Assembly (NCBI GenBank): GCA_021432655.1
Contig: MU271464.1
Location: 1-60,099 of the forward strand
DNA: 60,099 bases
Reading direction: 5' to 3'
Source of the DNA: Atractiella rhizophila
Taxonomy: Eukaryota
Shown here: positions 11,758 to 23,928 of the stretch, one piece after another
How the letters are laid out: every line of letters starts with the position of its first letter
Position numbering within the stretch: position 1 is the stretch's first letter
Program-made: the position numbers and the translations under genes
The notes under the pieces: model-generated
Database searches by the model: none
Seen by the model: the letters and a program-made list of their open reading frames with translations, nothing else
What the model was told of the DNA's origin: nothing

Positions 11758-13359
11758 TCAAAGTTCTTCTTCTCGCTTTTCCAAGTTTTTCAAGTCTTCG
11801 GAATTGTGCGTGTGCGTCGAGGTCTGCACTCTGATGCCTGTATCCAGATGCTGATCCAGAGGAGGTCTCGAAAGACGACTCAGCTGGTAGGTGGGAAATT
11901 TCGCTCTTGATGTTTCAGCGCTGACGGGTGCTGGAGCGACATGAGAGTGGCTGAGATTTGCAGAAACCGAAGTGCAAGAATGGTTGAATTCCTCTTTCAG
12001 AGGCCCACGAATGTTCAACGTAACAATTGTTGTGAGAGCTATAATCCACAACGGCAATATTAGACGGAAATTGCTCATGTGAAGAGACAGAAAACGAACC
12101 ATAGGTGTGAGGATGAAGAATGCCGATAGCCACATGGGCATTTGAGGATAGAGCTTTGGATGGTTTTATCAGACTATAAGGTCCAAGGCGAATGAGGTAG
12201 AAGGACTTTACAAGTTGCAGCGAATAAAATGGCATCCGCAATAGCAAATACAGCTGTAAATGCCGCGCTTGTCATGGACAGATGAATCAATCTTTGAAGT
12301 AACCCATCCGTCCGGAAATTGGAATGTCAGATTGTCAAATCAGAACGCAAATGGAAAAATTACTAACCTTTTGTTGAAATTATGTTGTGCCTTTCTCAAA
12401 TGGTAGGAGAGAATAAAGCTAGAGAAGTGTGAATACCTATTGTGACTTCGATGAAATTGTAAATGATTACGATATTATAAGGTCTGACATCGCCTATAAA
12501 TGCAATATCAAAGAATCGATCATCTGAGCGTGGAGCGTGGATTACAATAAAATACATACAACTACCCACAGCGTGAGCTGGAGAGCGATTTGGATTCTGT
12601 CAACAACCTCTTTTGCCCTATATTGACGTTTAGGGTACATGACAAACAAACAAGGCGCAAGATAAAATAACTCACAACTTTGATTGAATGCTGTTGAAGA
12701 CTTGTTGAAAATTATAAAATTGGCAAGACCGGTTCCCAAGCTCGCCAAAATCAAAAAGACCATCAAAGCACCAACGAGTTTGTTTTTGTAAAGGAATCTC
12801 CAACACCTTAAACCAATCGTGTTGGTTGTTGGACTACATGGTGTTGATGGAGGGCGTACCGATGTGCAAAGTAACACTGGGAAAAGAACTGACAGCAGAC
12901 GATTGAGAATGTAACAAAACTGTAAAGATGATGCACGCACAGTACTCCAGACGGGGAAGAGAATAAGTGAGCGTTAGTACACTGGTGGGAAAAGGGATTT
13001 GAAAGGGTCGTATCGTGTGGTGATAAGGTAGTACCAGGCCACGGCGATGTTGACAGCACAAGAACACATGGAACAAGCAAAAAGAGCCAAGACAAGAAAC
13101 TTATACACAAAGGGATCCTGGTTACAACTCAATCCTGGTTACAACTCAACTCACGAAAACGTCGAGAGCGAATTAAGTACGTACGTTTCGATAGGTGAAA
13201 TAATATGAGAAGGTGTGTTGAACCACGAGTGAAGCGAGGGCTGTAGTACCCAATGCTCCAACAAGCCAAGGACTGCCGCCAACATGAAGTTTGATCCCGT
13301 AGGACTCGAAAAAAGAAGACATACCCAAAGAGCGCAGCACTGTTGACTTCAGATGCCAT
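11758..13359 (-). CDS. Multi-pass membrane protein, DUF6534-like basidiomycete family
   Basis: Spliced hydrophobic exons SPWLVGALGT..LVVQHTFSYY, D.FVYKFLVL, RCWRF..NKLVGALMVFLILASLG, and a TLNIRGPLK motif before a S/T-rich cytosolic tail. Family assigned from recalled consensus. Confidence 0.6.
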
Positions 13360-14179
13360 GCGAGCAAGACTAAAAATATAACTCTGCCAGATATCGGATG
13401 AGGAGTGTGCAGAGAGGAACGCGCTTTATGTGCCCTGGAGAAATCTCCAAGAACTTGAATGGCCACGATCCTCACCACGAATTCCGTCCATGAAAGAATG
13501 AGATCGAAACAGCAACACCACATACTCCACAGAGAATAGGTGTTTGAGTAAAAACGTGGACTCATCGATTACGATCACTATTGGTTCACCAATGCATTGA
13601 GGCACGGTTTTCCAAGGTGATTTTCAAGCAACAACAATTCCGCTGGCCGCCCGCTTCTATGTCTGCTTAGTCAGGGAGGAATGAGACAGAAAGTGGAAGG
13701 CTCGAATAAGATGTCCTAAAATTGCGTATCGAAACCACGATGGTACAGATTTCGGAGAACATCGTGTGTTATCAGAAAATGTGGGAGTGCCCTCGTTCAT
13801 GTTCGGGATTCGCTCTCGCTCGAGTAGGAGGTAACATCTAAACATTTCATTTCTAGTAGGTTTACGCCAACCCGTAAAACCTCTTCTTTATCATTTACAT
13901 GTCCCAAATTCGAGCTTTCTTTGTGTGAGGATTACGAGGTGGGAGCATCTGCGGAACGAACGGAATGGCGGAACGGCGGATGGAGTGGATACGAGTGATA
14001 CGGGACATGAGGAATTGGCAAACGAAAAGGTAAGTTCTCTTGTAAGCAAAAAGAACGTAATTCTGTATAAAGCTAAGAGCACACTTGAACAGCCGAGGCA
14101 AAAGTGTGGCAACGCCACGAAAGAAAAGGAATGGAGGTTGAAAATAGAACCCTAACTATCACGCATTGTCCATCGCGAC

Positions 14180-16658
14180 TTAATTACCAGCCCAAATACC
14201 CCAAGGTCCATTGGTCAGGGTACCATCCCATAGCAACCCTTGTCTCGTGTCTGCAGGTCTGTGAGGCCAGGCGTTGATCAATCCATCCAAAAGTTCCACA
14301 TTCGAATAATGCACCGTGGAATTAGCTCCTCCATTTTGGACTAGGAATCCAACGCCTTTGGAAGCGAGTAACCAAGGATAAGCACGCGTCGTAATCACTG
14401 TAACGTCGTTTGCATACACTTCCACGACGGAATTGTCGACGACGATGGTAAGATTGAGACTCTGTTGGACAGTCGTACCGTCCGACGCGATATTCCAGAG
14501 TCGCAGCTTTCCATACTCCGTCTCATTTCCATCTGTTATCAACGAGTAATTTTATGAGCAAAAAGAACGGTCATCGTGAAAAAAATTGGATACGTACAAC
14601 TTCTGACCAGAGTACTGTGGCTTCTATTGATGACGAGCGTCTCGTTTTTTGGATCGTAGTAAATATCCGTATATTCTTGATCACTGGCCAGTACCCTGAA
14701 TCCAGCCTGAGCCAGGGAAGACGTATCGCCTTGGAACTGTAGAGTCGCATTGATCGCATAGTGCCGACCACTTGGTTGAGTTCGGAAGGGAACATAACCA
14801 GCGGTTCCAATAAGAGCGACAGCAGCTGGACGAGAGATTGTCGAGGAGGAACGATATGCCTGAATTGTCTCAGGAATGATACGTTGCCCCACCTATTAAG
14901 AAGAAAAATGAGAACGATATGACCACGATCATACAATAGCACACCGTGACCACAGAAGTAGTGCCATCCTTCTCATTCCAAACCTTCCAATTGCCGGGGC
15001 CATGCAAACCAGGAGTATTGGGGTCAACGTTATGTATCACTTTGAGGAAAAGGTCTCGGAAGAGAGTAAAGGCTCCTTGATATCCTCTCTGTGCGGTCAG
15101 AACCAGATCCTCGTCATCCTCCTGTATACGATTCTTATGTCAGCAATCATCCCATAATTGAATAAAACTGCCTACATAAGTCCATCCTACCAGTACGGAG
15201 CGGTTTCCAGACACAGGGAAGAAGATGGAGGCATATACTCGTCCCCAATCGACGACACCAACAGCATCTAGTGTTGAACTGATACCATCTCCTTCATTGT
15301 GAAATGTAGCAGCGGCCCCTCAAGAGAAGCTTCAGACGATAGCATGAGCAACGCTCAACAGGTACTCACAAAGTGGCCAATGATTCTCGTGGCTTCCATT
15401 CCTGCCTTGCTCTGTGCCCATTCCAATAATATTCAACGCCCTCGAGTCACTCCCATCGTCATACGCCATTCCATTTTCATTCAAACGCGTGATGCCACTC
15501 GTCTCGAAATTGATCCCAAAGTTCCCACTCCATTGGGAAAAACTGGAGAGACCGGGTTGAGATACAATCGGTCCAAGATACTTCCAGCTGAGGAAATCAT
15601 GGTCCGCCGCTTGACGATACAGGAGCAGACGTGGTCCGGTGCTGGATTGGCCAGAGTCTGCGCGAATGCCACCAGAGATGGTGAGAAAATTGGAGCCGTT
15701 GACATCATTTGATACTCCCTGAAGCATCTTTGACAGAATGGCAGACTGGAACGCGTATGGGTCACGGAATCCAGTCATGTTTTTCAGTGGCCATTCATCT
15801 AGGAGTTGTTAGCAGGAGCAAAAGAAAATAAGAGATCACAAACAGATGACTGGGTTTCCGCCCGTACCAAATTTTAGTTTGATCCAGCTCGCTCCCCCGT
15901 CCTTTGTGTACGCCAAGCTTTGCGTTTCTGTGCCTTCCTGCTCAGGTGGAGAACTGGTGGCGCCGAGTGGGCCGGGGAATACAGAGGTGTAGATCGTAGT
16001 TGGGTAACCGTTCCATCCGCGTTGAATGATTGAGCCGTCGAATACACCCCGAATATCGTAAACTTCCGAAGGATACTGATGAAAAATCGGTTCAACAAGA
16101 ATCAAGGTACGAACTGCAATCTTACGAGTGTCTTTGGATTCTCCCATCGGTTAGCTATACAATATCCGATCAATGAGTTGGTCTCGGAAGACTGCTAACA
16201 CATACCATCTCGCCAATAGGTCAGATCGTTTGAGAATGCCGAGCACTGCGATATATTGCCCCATTGGTAGTGCTAAAAAGAAATTTAGACTCGGAAATAT
16301 AATATAAAACTGACATACTTGAGGGTGGCATTGATACCCAGCGTGGAAAGAACCATCGCTCCTCTGAAAGAGTCCTATAAACAAATCAGTGGTTGTTGGA
16401 GCGGATACAAGTTCGATCCTCACCTTGCGGGTCATTCATCCATCCTTCAGGCGCGATCAATCTGGCCTGCGGCCTCCAGACAAAGAATAAAGTCGAATTG
16501 CCACATTGCGTCAAATCGCCAGGAGCAGCATTTTGATTGGCAACGCACGTGCTCGACGGGTACTGATGTTTTTCAGTCCCATGGAGAGGTGAAGAGAAGC
16601 TGGCCGCGACTAAGGTCGAGGCGATAGCGAAGTTCGGATTGAACTTGAAGAAGTGCAT
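14180..16658 (-). CDS. Secreted GH32 beta-fructofuranosidase/invertase (possible fructosyltransferase)
   Basis: Signal-peptide-like N-terminus, WRP..RLIAPEGWMNDP (nucleophile), FDGS, GFRDPY, NFET (acid/base), D.G.AYAS, and a C-terminal beta-sandwich LTIVVDNSVVEVYAND...TTRAYP. Confidence 0.95.
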
Positions 16659-16700
16659 TGCGTGAATGGGATCTTGGACTTGATCGTGTTTATGTACCCA

Positions 16701-16796
16701 TATATATATACTCGAGAAGCACGAATCGTTTTCGTTTATGAACTTCCGCTTACCCGCCCCACTTTCTCATGCAGTCCCCAGCCACGCCCAGCGGGG
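16701..16796 (-). promoter_or_regulatory. GH32 core promoter: TATA tract plus SYGGRG (CreA/Mig1-type) motifs
   Basis: tatatatata at 16701-16710, ~45 bp upstream of the ATG. SYGGRG matches at 16757-16762, 16776-16781 and 16791-16796, with more at 17161-17166 and 17240-17245. Confidence 0.5.
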
Positions 16797-17226
16797 AGGT
16801 CGTCTCTTTCATCGCGAGTCGATCTCATCCACCTTCTTCTTGTGCTTTCCTCGTTAGTTTCTCGTCACAGAATTCCTGTGCTATACGACTAAGTTACCAG
16901 ACAAAATCGATCTCTAATTATTATATTTGATCAGCAACTTTTGAGATCAAAATTCGATTCTATTTCAGGAGACATATCTTTCTGTCCTTGGAAAAAGTAT
17001 TTTGCTTCAGTTCATTTTCCAGTTCATAATATCCTCACTCTTCCACATGCTTCCGCGCAATTCCAGATTACCTTGGACAACAAGATATCATATGCATGTG
17101 GATTGGACCTGGTGCACGTTGCATACAGGCACCTTTGTTAAGGATTACCTGTGCAGGAGGCTGGGGAATCTAATCCCAATCTTTAAGACCTTTGCACCAC
17201 CTCAGAATTCCGGGATTTTTTTGGCG
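16792..17226 (-). repeat. Right arm of long inverted repeat; upstream region of the GH32 gene
   Basis: Reverse complement of 8035-8462, with the strong part at 16792-17148. Confidence 0.95.
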
Positions 17227-18586
17227 GCAAAGTGGTCGCCCCCAGGGGTTTGCGCAAGCGGCCGGAGGCCGCAACGAAATGGTTTTGCGCTTCAATTTTG
17301 AGAAAATTTGCAGCCAAAAAGCAGGTAGGTGTTATCGCCGACCATCTCCGACCCCTTTGGGCGACGGGTCTGCTGGGAATCTTACTTGTGGAGAACAGCC
17401 CAACGGGGTTTTGTTCCTTTGTCGCACCTTACACCAATGTTAGCGTGACCACAGACATGTAACTGTCTTCAAATAATTGTCTTGAATAATATACCTCGGG
17501 CCGTAATTGCACCCATATCGATGACTTCTCTTGCTGAAGAATTGTGCGTAGGAACCGGAATGTGAACCCTTAATACATGCTTGATAACACGGTCAGCGTT
17601 TGTGAGGAATGGCAGAAATTTATCGACGCTAGACCTAGCACTGGTCTTTGCCTTCTTGGCCGTTGGGTTCACCTTTTGTTGTGGGCCAAGGACTGCACCA
17701 GCTCATCGTTGTCGATATTCATACCAGACAGGTCCTCTCCCACTACTTCATTATGGGATCATAGTCCTGATCTCGCTCACTTAGTCAACAAGGCCATTAG
17801 CTGCCAGAAGGACTGGGTCCGAAGGCAGCCGCACAGAGGGAACCTCTGCGTGGGTTGAGGAGGCGTGTGGGTACCACAGAGTCATCAACCTCAACAAGAC
17901 TCGGCTAGAGCTGACGGAACAGGACAAACCCATATCTTCCACCGATGTCTGGGCGTGTCGGATGCCCAAAAATCTTCGATGGATAAGCTCGTCGCCATAC
18001 CCAAAGAGCCAGGTGTCTTGGTGGACAATTTGTTGGCGATTGATAAAAAGAGTCGCGGTCGTCTCATTTCAAAGGGCAGGCAGGTGCCATGAACATAAAT
18101 AGTTTGGGTTGAAAATTGTAAGAAACTGCAAGCAAGACCTTCAGCTCGTCGTCGCAAGTATCTTCCTGTGCCTTCGTTTATGCACATTTAATACGGAAGC
18201 CCAACATGGGGGTGAAGACGGTACATACTCAGTGTCATCAACTGAAGACCAACTCGTCCCATTATTCCTCTTCACCAAATCAACCGAAGTCCTTGATCAT
18301 TTCCCTAAACAACCGACACGGTCGCCGTTGAAATCAAGTGTGTTCGTGGGATTTAAATGTTGGAAAGGGTTTTTAAGCGGTACAGGGACAGTGTTAGCAC
18401 CATGCGGAGCAAAGACACGATGGACAACCTGCCTTGTTCTAGGCTGAATCATACATAGCAAATCATAAAAATAGCCCATTAGCGATTCAATACGGCTTAG
18501 AAATCGTAATGGAGTCGAGTTCCCAATCGAAGGTGGTTGCTTCGTGGATTTGGGCCAGGATACAAAATTGTCACAGGCTCATGGGG

Positions 18587-20273
18587 TCAGCTCTGGCAGC
18601 CATCCCCAGTCGCAGCGGAACTGTTCTTACTGTCTTCGGACCAACCGTTGTTGTAGAACTCAGTCTCTTCATACACCTCATCTGCCCAATCCTTGATCCA
18701 CCTGAGTCGCGGGCCAGATATTTGAGGATCGATGCACTCGTCATCATCGTCCACATTCTCGAACCATTCAACAGCTCCGCTAAACTGTAGCACGTCGCCC
18801 AGGACGCGATGGTACCACATAAAAATGTCGGCCAGATCCCCATCAGCATTGTCCAAAGTCTCTGCTGCCATCCATGCTTTTTTCCCCTTCCTCTTCCCCC
18901 TCTCTCCTTCTAAAGCATCTCCTACGTTCTCTTCTGCCCTTACAGCCATCCCAGGTGGAAGAAGGGAAGCATTGTCGAAGGTTCGCTTGAATACCGCTGG
19001 CGGCAAACCAATAGTCGGCCCAAGGTACTCGTCTTCCATGCTCTCCCGTAAAAAGTCGTTCTTTGATTTCCGTTCTCTCTCACTGTTGAAAAAGGAAGGA
19101 AACTCTTCTATTCTCTTCAAGGAGGCATTGACTTGGGTGTCCATTTCTCGTACGAACTTATCTCGCACGCGGACGTACTGAATGTGTATCAGCATGGCAG
19201 CAACGAGGGAAGAAGCTTGCTCACAATGTTCCCCTCCTTTCTTTCAAACCATACTTTGTATGCACAAATGTGCTTATAGATAAGCGATGTGACAAGGACG
19301 ATATTAGTGGCCTGATCGCAGTTCTCCTCCTGGCAGTCGGCCCCAAAGATGGTTGATATCCACGACCAAACCTGGTCTCCATTAATCATTACCCACCGCA
19401 GAAATGCTTGAGGACAAACATCCAAACTCCAAGGTAACAGGTGGGCTGCTTGGCATGGGGTTACCCTCCCGTTCAAACCACTCAGTCGGCAAGTTCCATT
19501 ATCCCTCTTCCAGACCTAATGTGTCATTTAGCGAAACCTGTGCCCTGGAACAATATGGAACAACCTTTTCTACTTCTTTTTGATTCCTGCCCTTCGGTTC
19601 CTGAGCGAGTGAACCAACAGCTCTTTCAGACGGTGTACCGGATGCTGCTTGAGAATCCAGCGAACGATTAGGACCACGAACTGCTTTCACTACCATCCCT
19701 TCCCTTCCATAACCATTCCATATTGTGAGACGTAGAGAACCCACTTGGTGCAATTAAAAACGCCCTCATGTCACGTATCCTGGACCATATTCGGTTCCTC
19801 TGTCTCAAAACCTCCAAACAGAACCTGTTTTGGCAATCTTCCGCCGTACGAGGAGAGTTGGGATTGCGCTTCGTCCAGTCTTCCGCTACCAAAGTCCTGT
19901 CCCATTCCACCATCTTGATTAGGAACGCACGATCCCTCTCCCCTTCTTCCGGATTCAGGGGTATCAGACGGGCATCCTCCTCTTCACTTGATCCCTCCTT
20001 TTTCTTCTTCAGCTGCTTCTTCAGCTTCTTCTTGTGCTCATTCGGCTTTTTGTCTTTCCAACCAACATTCACACTAATCTCCGATGGTAGGTGAAGCGTC
20101 TGCAGAACCTTCACTGTGAGGAGAACGAGCTCAGCATTCGTTAGAGCGTAGATGTCGTCGGAAAGGGTGGGCTCGTAGTAATCGATCGGAGGGTTGGGTT
20201 CGCGTAGAGGAAGAGGTACAAGGGTTTCCAGAAGGGTCTGTAACGTTTCAGACGGCTTTATCTCAGCGGTCAT
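18587..20273 (-). CDS. Putative HNH_2-like endonuclease-domain protein (possibly degenerate)
   Basis: Spliced ORFs with RNQKEV, CQAAHLLPWS and D.ATNIVLV.SLIY...KVWFE, resembling the fungal HNH_2 pattern AAHI.P...N.I.L...H. Acidic C-terminus. Exon structure uncertain. Confidence 0.45.
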
Positions 20274-20530
20274 TTTGATCACTACTATTCGGCCCTGGGG
20301 GCCAGCTTTCAGCTTTCTGGCTTCTCCCCTACTGTGCAACTTGAAACAGTGTACCTTCAAGTTGAGCAGGATACAGGGTCCTGACCTCATAGCTGTCAGG
20401 ATCAGAAACCAGTGAGCGCAAAACCTCCGATACATTTGGCAACCATCTCACTACACACTACACATGAACAACCATGACCACCGTTGCAGAACTCAGACTG
20501 CGTTTACAGGAAGCTCCAATCAGTTGGCGG

Positions 20531-22586
20531 TCAGAGGACAAGTGCTTCGCTTCCGCCCATCTTCTCCAAACACGCTTCTGCATTCGCCCTCCTCTCCTCC
20601 GCGTACCTGTTCAGTTCATGTCACCTTCAGGTCGCGCTTCCTGGAAACAGAGGGAACGACTCACTTGACTTCTAATCCAGCGTTGAACATGGTGATCATG
20701 CTCCCACGCAGATTCCTCAAGCTATCGTCCAGCTTTCTTCTCAATTCCCCTTCCCGCGCATCACGCAGGTGCTGGATCTACGGACGGGGAAACCGATCAG
20801 GCGATTGCAGAGGAAAGAAGTGAAGACTTGCTTGTGTCAGTGCCGTGCTCTCCTCTTCCGAGACAGTCACAGGCGGGACCAGCTGATCCCATTCGATCCA
20901 CTTGAACGGCTTCAACAATGCCCTCTCTCTGACCTCTCGTTCCTTCGCAACCTTGACCAGTTCCCTGTCAGCAGCTTCGTCTCCGGTCAGATGCAGGCCC
21001 AAGCTGGCGGGCGGTGTGGAGGTCACTGTCACGGATTTGGTGTACGCCAATGGATTTCGCATTTCCTACGTTCTCCTTTCAATTACACGGCAGTGTGACG
21101 GTTAGAGAAACCTTACGTCAGGCATGACTCCAGAGGACGAGCCGGGCTGAGGAGACGATGCTTGATCCCGCTCTCTGTCTGTTTCCAACCTGGCCTGTTC
21201 CCTCTCGCGAAGCCACTTTGGTGGCGCGCGATACTGCACATAAGTCCGTCAGCCTTGATACACCTGGTCAGACGGGAGACACACGCTATTTACGGTCGGG
21301 ATGATTTTTGGGGGCAGACCCATCGCCCGTGGTCCAGCGGGGATGGCGCCAGGAGGGAGAGGTGTGGGCGGATTGCGGGTCGAACTTCCACTTCCTGGCG
21401 GAGTCGAGACTTTGTCTATCAGTGAACGTGGGCCAGTCGGAATGGGCGTCTCGACGTTCGTCCCTTTTGCTGCCACCTCACCTTCCTCCGCCTTTTCTCC
21501 CGTCCCACCAGAGCTACTCAGGGTCCTCTTCACCACGATGCCTTTGGCGAGACTGCGTCCTGCAGGAGATTGAATCTGTGGTTGAGACTGACTTTGACTC
21601 GTCTGACCCTGTTGGAACTCTTTCGGGCCAGTCGGAGCGTTAGGGGGAGGGACCCCAATGGGACGAGAGGCCATGATCCTCTTGGGAGGGCCTTGACTCG
21701 GACCACCAGGATGGTGAGAGTACTGGCGTTTAGGCCCGGAGGGTATCATTTGTTTTGGGCCTGTCGGAATCGATGGTAGAGGGGTTGAACGAGCTGGCGA
21801 GCGTGACCGTTCCCGACTGCGACTCCTGCTTCTATCCCTCCCTCGACTACGGCTACGACTACTTCGTCGCGAAGACGGGCTGCGACTGAGCGAGCGGGAG
21901 ACGGTTCGAGAGCGAGAACGAGAACCATAACTGCGACGTGAGCGGGGTGAAAGAGAGCGAGTGCGTGAGCGTGAACGACCTCGGGGAGAACGTGAGTGAC
22001 CGCGAGGTGAGCGCGAACGTGAGAGCGAAAAAGACCGTCTTCGCCTGGGAGAGCGAGAACGGGAACGTGAGGGACGCCAGTACGACGGACGGGGTGATCG
22101 ACGAGGCGAAAGGCGTGTATCTGCATCATAAAAATGTGTAAACTCTCTTGACAAATGATGATGAAGACGCCAGCGAAAGCACGAATGGAAGAGAAGAGTA
22201 ACCCCAAAGAAGAGAAAAGACGGACCTCTGTAACTCCTTCCCCTGTCCCTCTCAGGAGCCCATCTATCGCTCCTTCTCCTCCTGTCTTCCTCTTCTCTCT
22301 CCCTCCTCCTCTCTTCCCGCATCCTCATTCCTTCCCTTCTCTCTCTCACTTCTCTCTCCCACTCCTCATCGTCCGACTTCACCTCGCCCTCCTCCACGCC
22401 ACCCGCCAGATCATCGTACGCCATCACTTTCCGTCCTGCTGGCGGGGCTGGAAGACCAGGAGGGGCGGGAGGTTGGGAGGCGGAAGGAGTGGCAGACGCT
22501 ACTGGTGGAGACGGTGGTTGGACGGAGCCACCGCGAATAGACACGTTTGGGCGCGCCGGGAGAGAGGGCGGAAGTGGGAGCGGCAT
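20531..22586 (-). CDS. Arg/Ser-rich, Pro-rich hypothetical protein with IPTGP(K/R) repeats and C-terminal coiled coil
   Basis: 445-aa ORF with MAYDDL, a long RS tract and repeated PTGPK/PSGPK/PAGPR. Further exons at 21062-20531 are inferred. Confidence 0.7.
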
Positions 22587-22615
22587 TCTTCAACACTGAC
22601 TGGCGGATGGTCGGC

Positions 22616-23928
22616 TCTGCTACCGTGATGCTGAATGGCCAATCAGTTGGTTAATGTGGTTAATGTCGGATGTTGATGGTGCTTTTGCTTTTGCTGGAAG
22701 GAGTGAACCACACATCCGACCGGAGGTTCCCAATGACGCAGATGTTATATCCCTTCTCTCCCAAAAGCTGCCAGCTTGAACTATCCCAGAACCCCAAAGC
22801 CATCTCTCAAGATATCATCGAACTGTATCAAACACCACACTGAATTACTGTCATCTCGGCATCGAGACTGCCCTTATATCATCACGAACGAGCACCATAA
22901 CAATGCAGGCAGCTAAAGCAGTCATTCCTTGCGTCCCCCCAGACTCGAACGTCAAGGAATCCCTCCCTTCCCACGCAGACGAGATACCGACAGTGCTAGA
23001 CGCCAGCGAGGCTCCCCTTCTTCTTCGTAGCTCCTTTGGAGCTCTCCTCACAAGGACGTTGCCAAAGTGCGTATTATTACTACTTTTATCAGCTTCACCA
23101 TTGTGCTGTTATGTCATGATGTTCCATATTCATAACCTACAATATTCTTTTTCCATCCATTACTTGCGTTATGTCCATTATTCCCTTATTCCTATCACAT
23201 CGACTCCCTCCAACATATGGTTCGTGCTGAGAGCAACTTCTACTCTACAGATACACGGGTTCATATCCATCTGCTACCGTGATGCTGAATGGCCAATCAG
23301 TTGGTTAATGTGGTTAATGTCGGATGTTGATGGTGCTTTTGCTTTTGCTGGAAGGAGTGAACCACACATCCGACCGGAGGTTCCCAATGACGCAGATGTT
23401 ATATCCCTTCTCTCCCAAAAGCTGCCAGCTTGAACTATCCCAGAACCCCAAAGCCATCTCTCAAGATATCATCGAACTGTATCAAACACCACACTGAATT
23501 ACTGTCATCTCGGCATCGAGACTGCCCTTATATCATCACGAACGAGCACCACAACAATGCAGGCAGCCAAAGCAGTCATTCCTTGCGTCCCCCCAGACTC
23601 GAACGTCAAGGAATCCCTCCCTTCCCACGCAGACGAGATACCCACTGTACTAGACGCCAGCGAGGCTCCCGTTCTTCTTCGTAGCTCCTTTGGAGCTCTC
23701 CTCACAAGGACTTTGCCAAAGTGCGTCTCAGTCCTACTTTTATCTCCTTCACCTTTTGTGCTCATGTTATGTCATAATGTTCTGTATTCATTGTTTGCAT
23801 CTACAATATTCTTTTACCATCCATTACTGGCGTTATGTCCAATATTCCCTTATTCCTATGACATCGTAACCCTCCAATATGTGGTGCATACTGAGAACAA
23901 CTTCGACAGATACACCGGTTCATATCCA
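22616..23928 (+). repeat. Tandem duplication, ~654-bp unit (22616-23269 / 23270-23928): promoter, exon 1 and intron 1 of the PAF-AH gene
   Basis: The first ~280 bp are identical, exon differences are mostly synonymous, and the intron is clearly diverged. Confidence 0.97.
22903..23269 (+). pseudogene. 5' partial copy of PAF-acetylhydrolase-like gene
   Basis: MQAAKAVIPCVPP...TRTLPK exon, an intron and ~19 nt of exon 2, then the sequence restarts at the promoter. Confidence 0.85.

Noticed and set aside
13853..13882. Hairpin plus CTAG resembling a Helitron 3' end (minus strand)
   Set aside because: The spacing is wrong, CTAG is not followed by T, and no Rep/helicase or 5' end was seen.
21301..22628. 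Multiple overlapping plus-strand ORFs
   Set aside because: Antisense shadows of the low-complexity RS/Pro-rich gene. The same applies to ORFs opposite EDC4, the PIN gene and the J-like gene.
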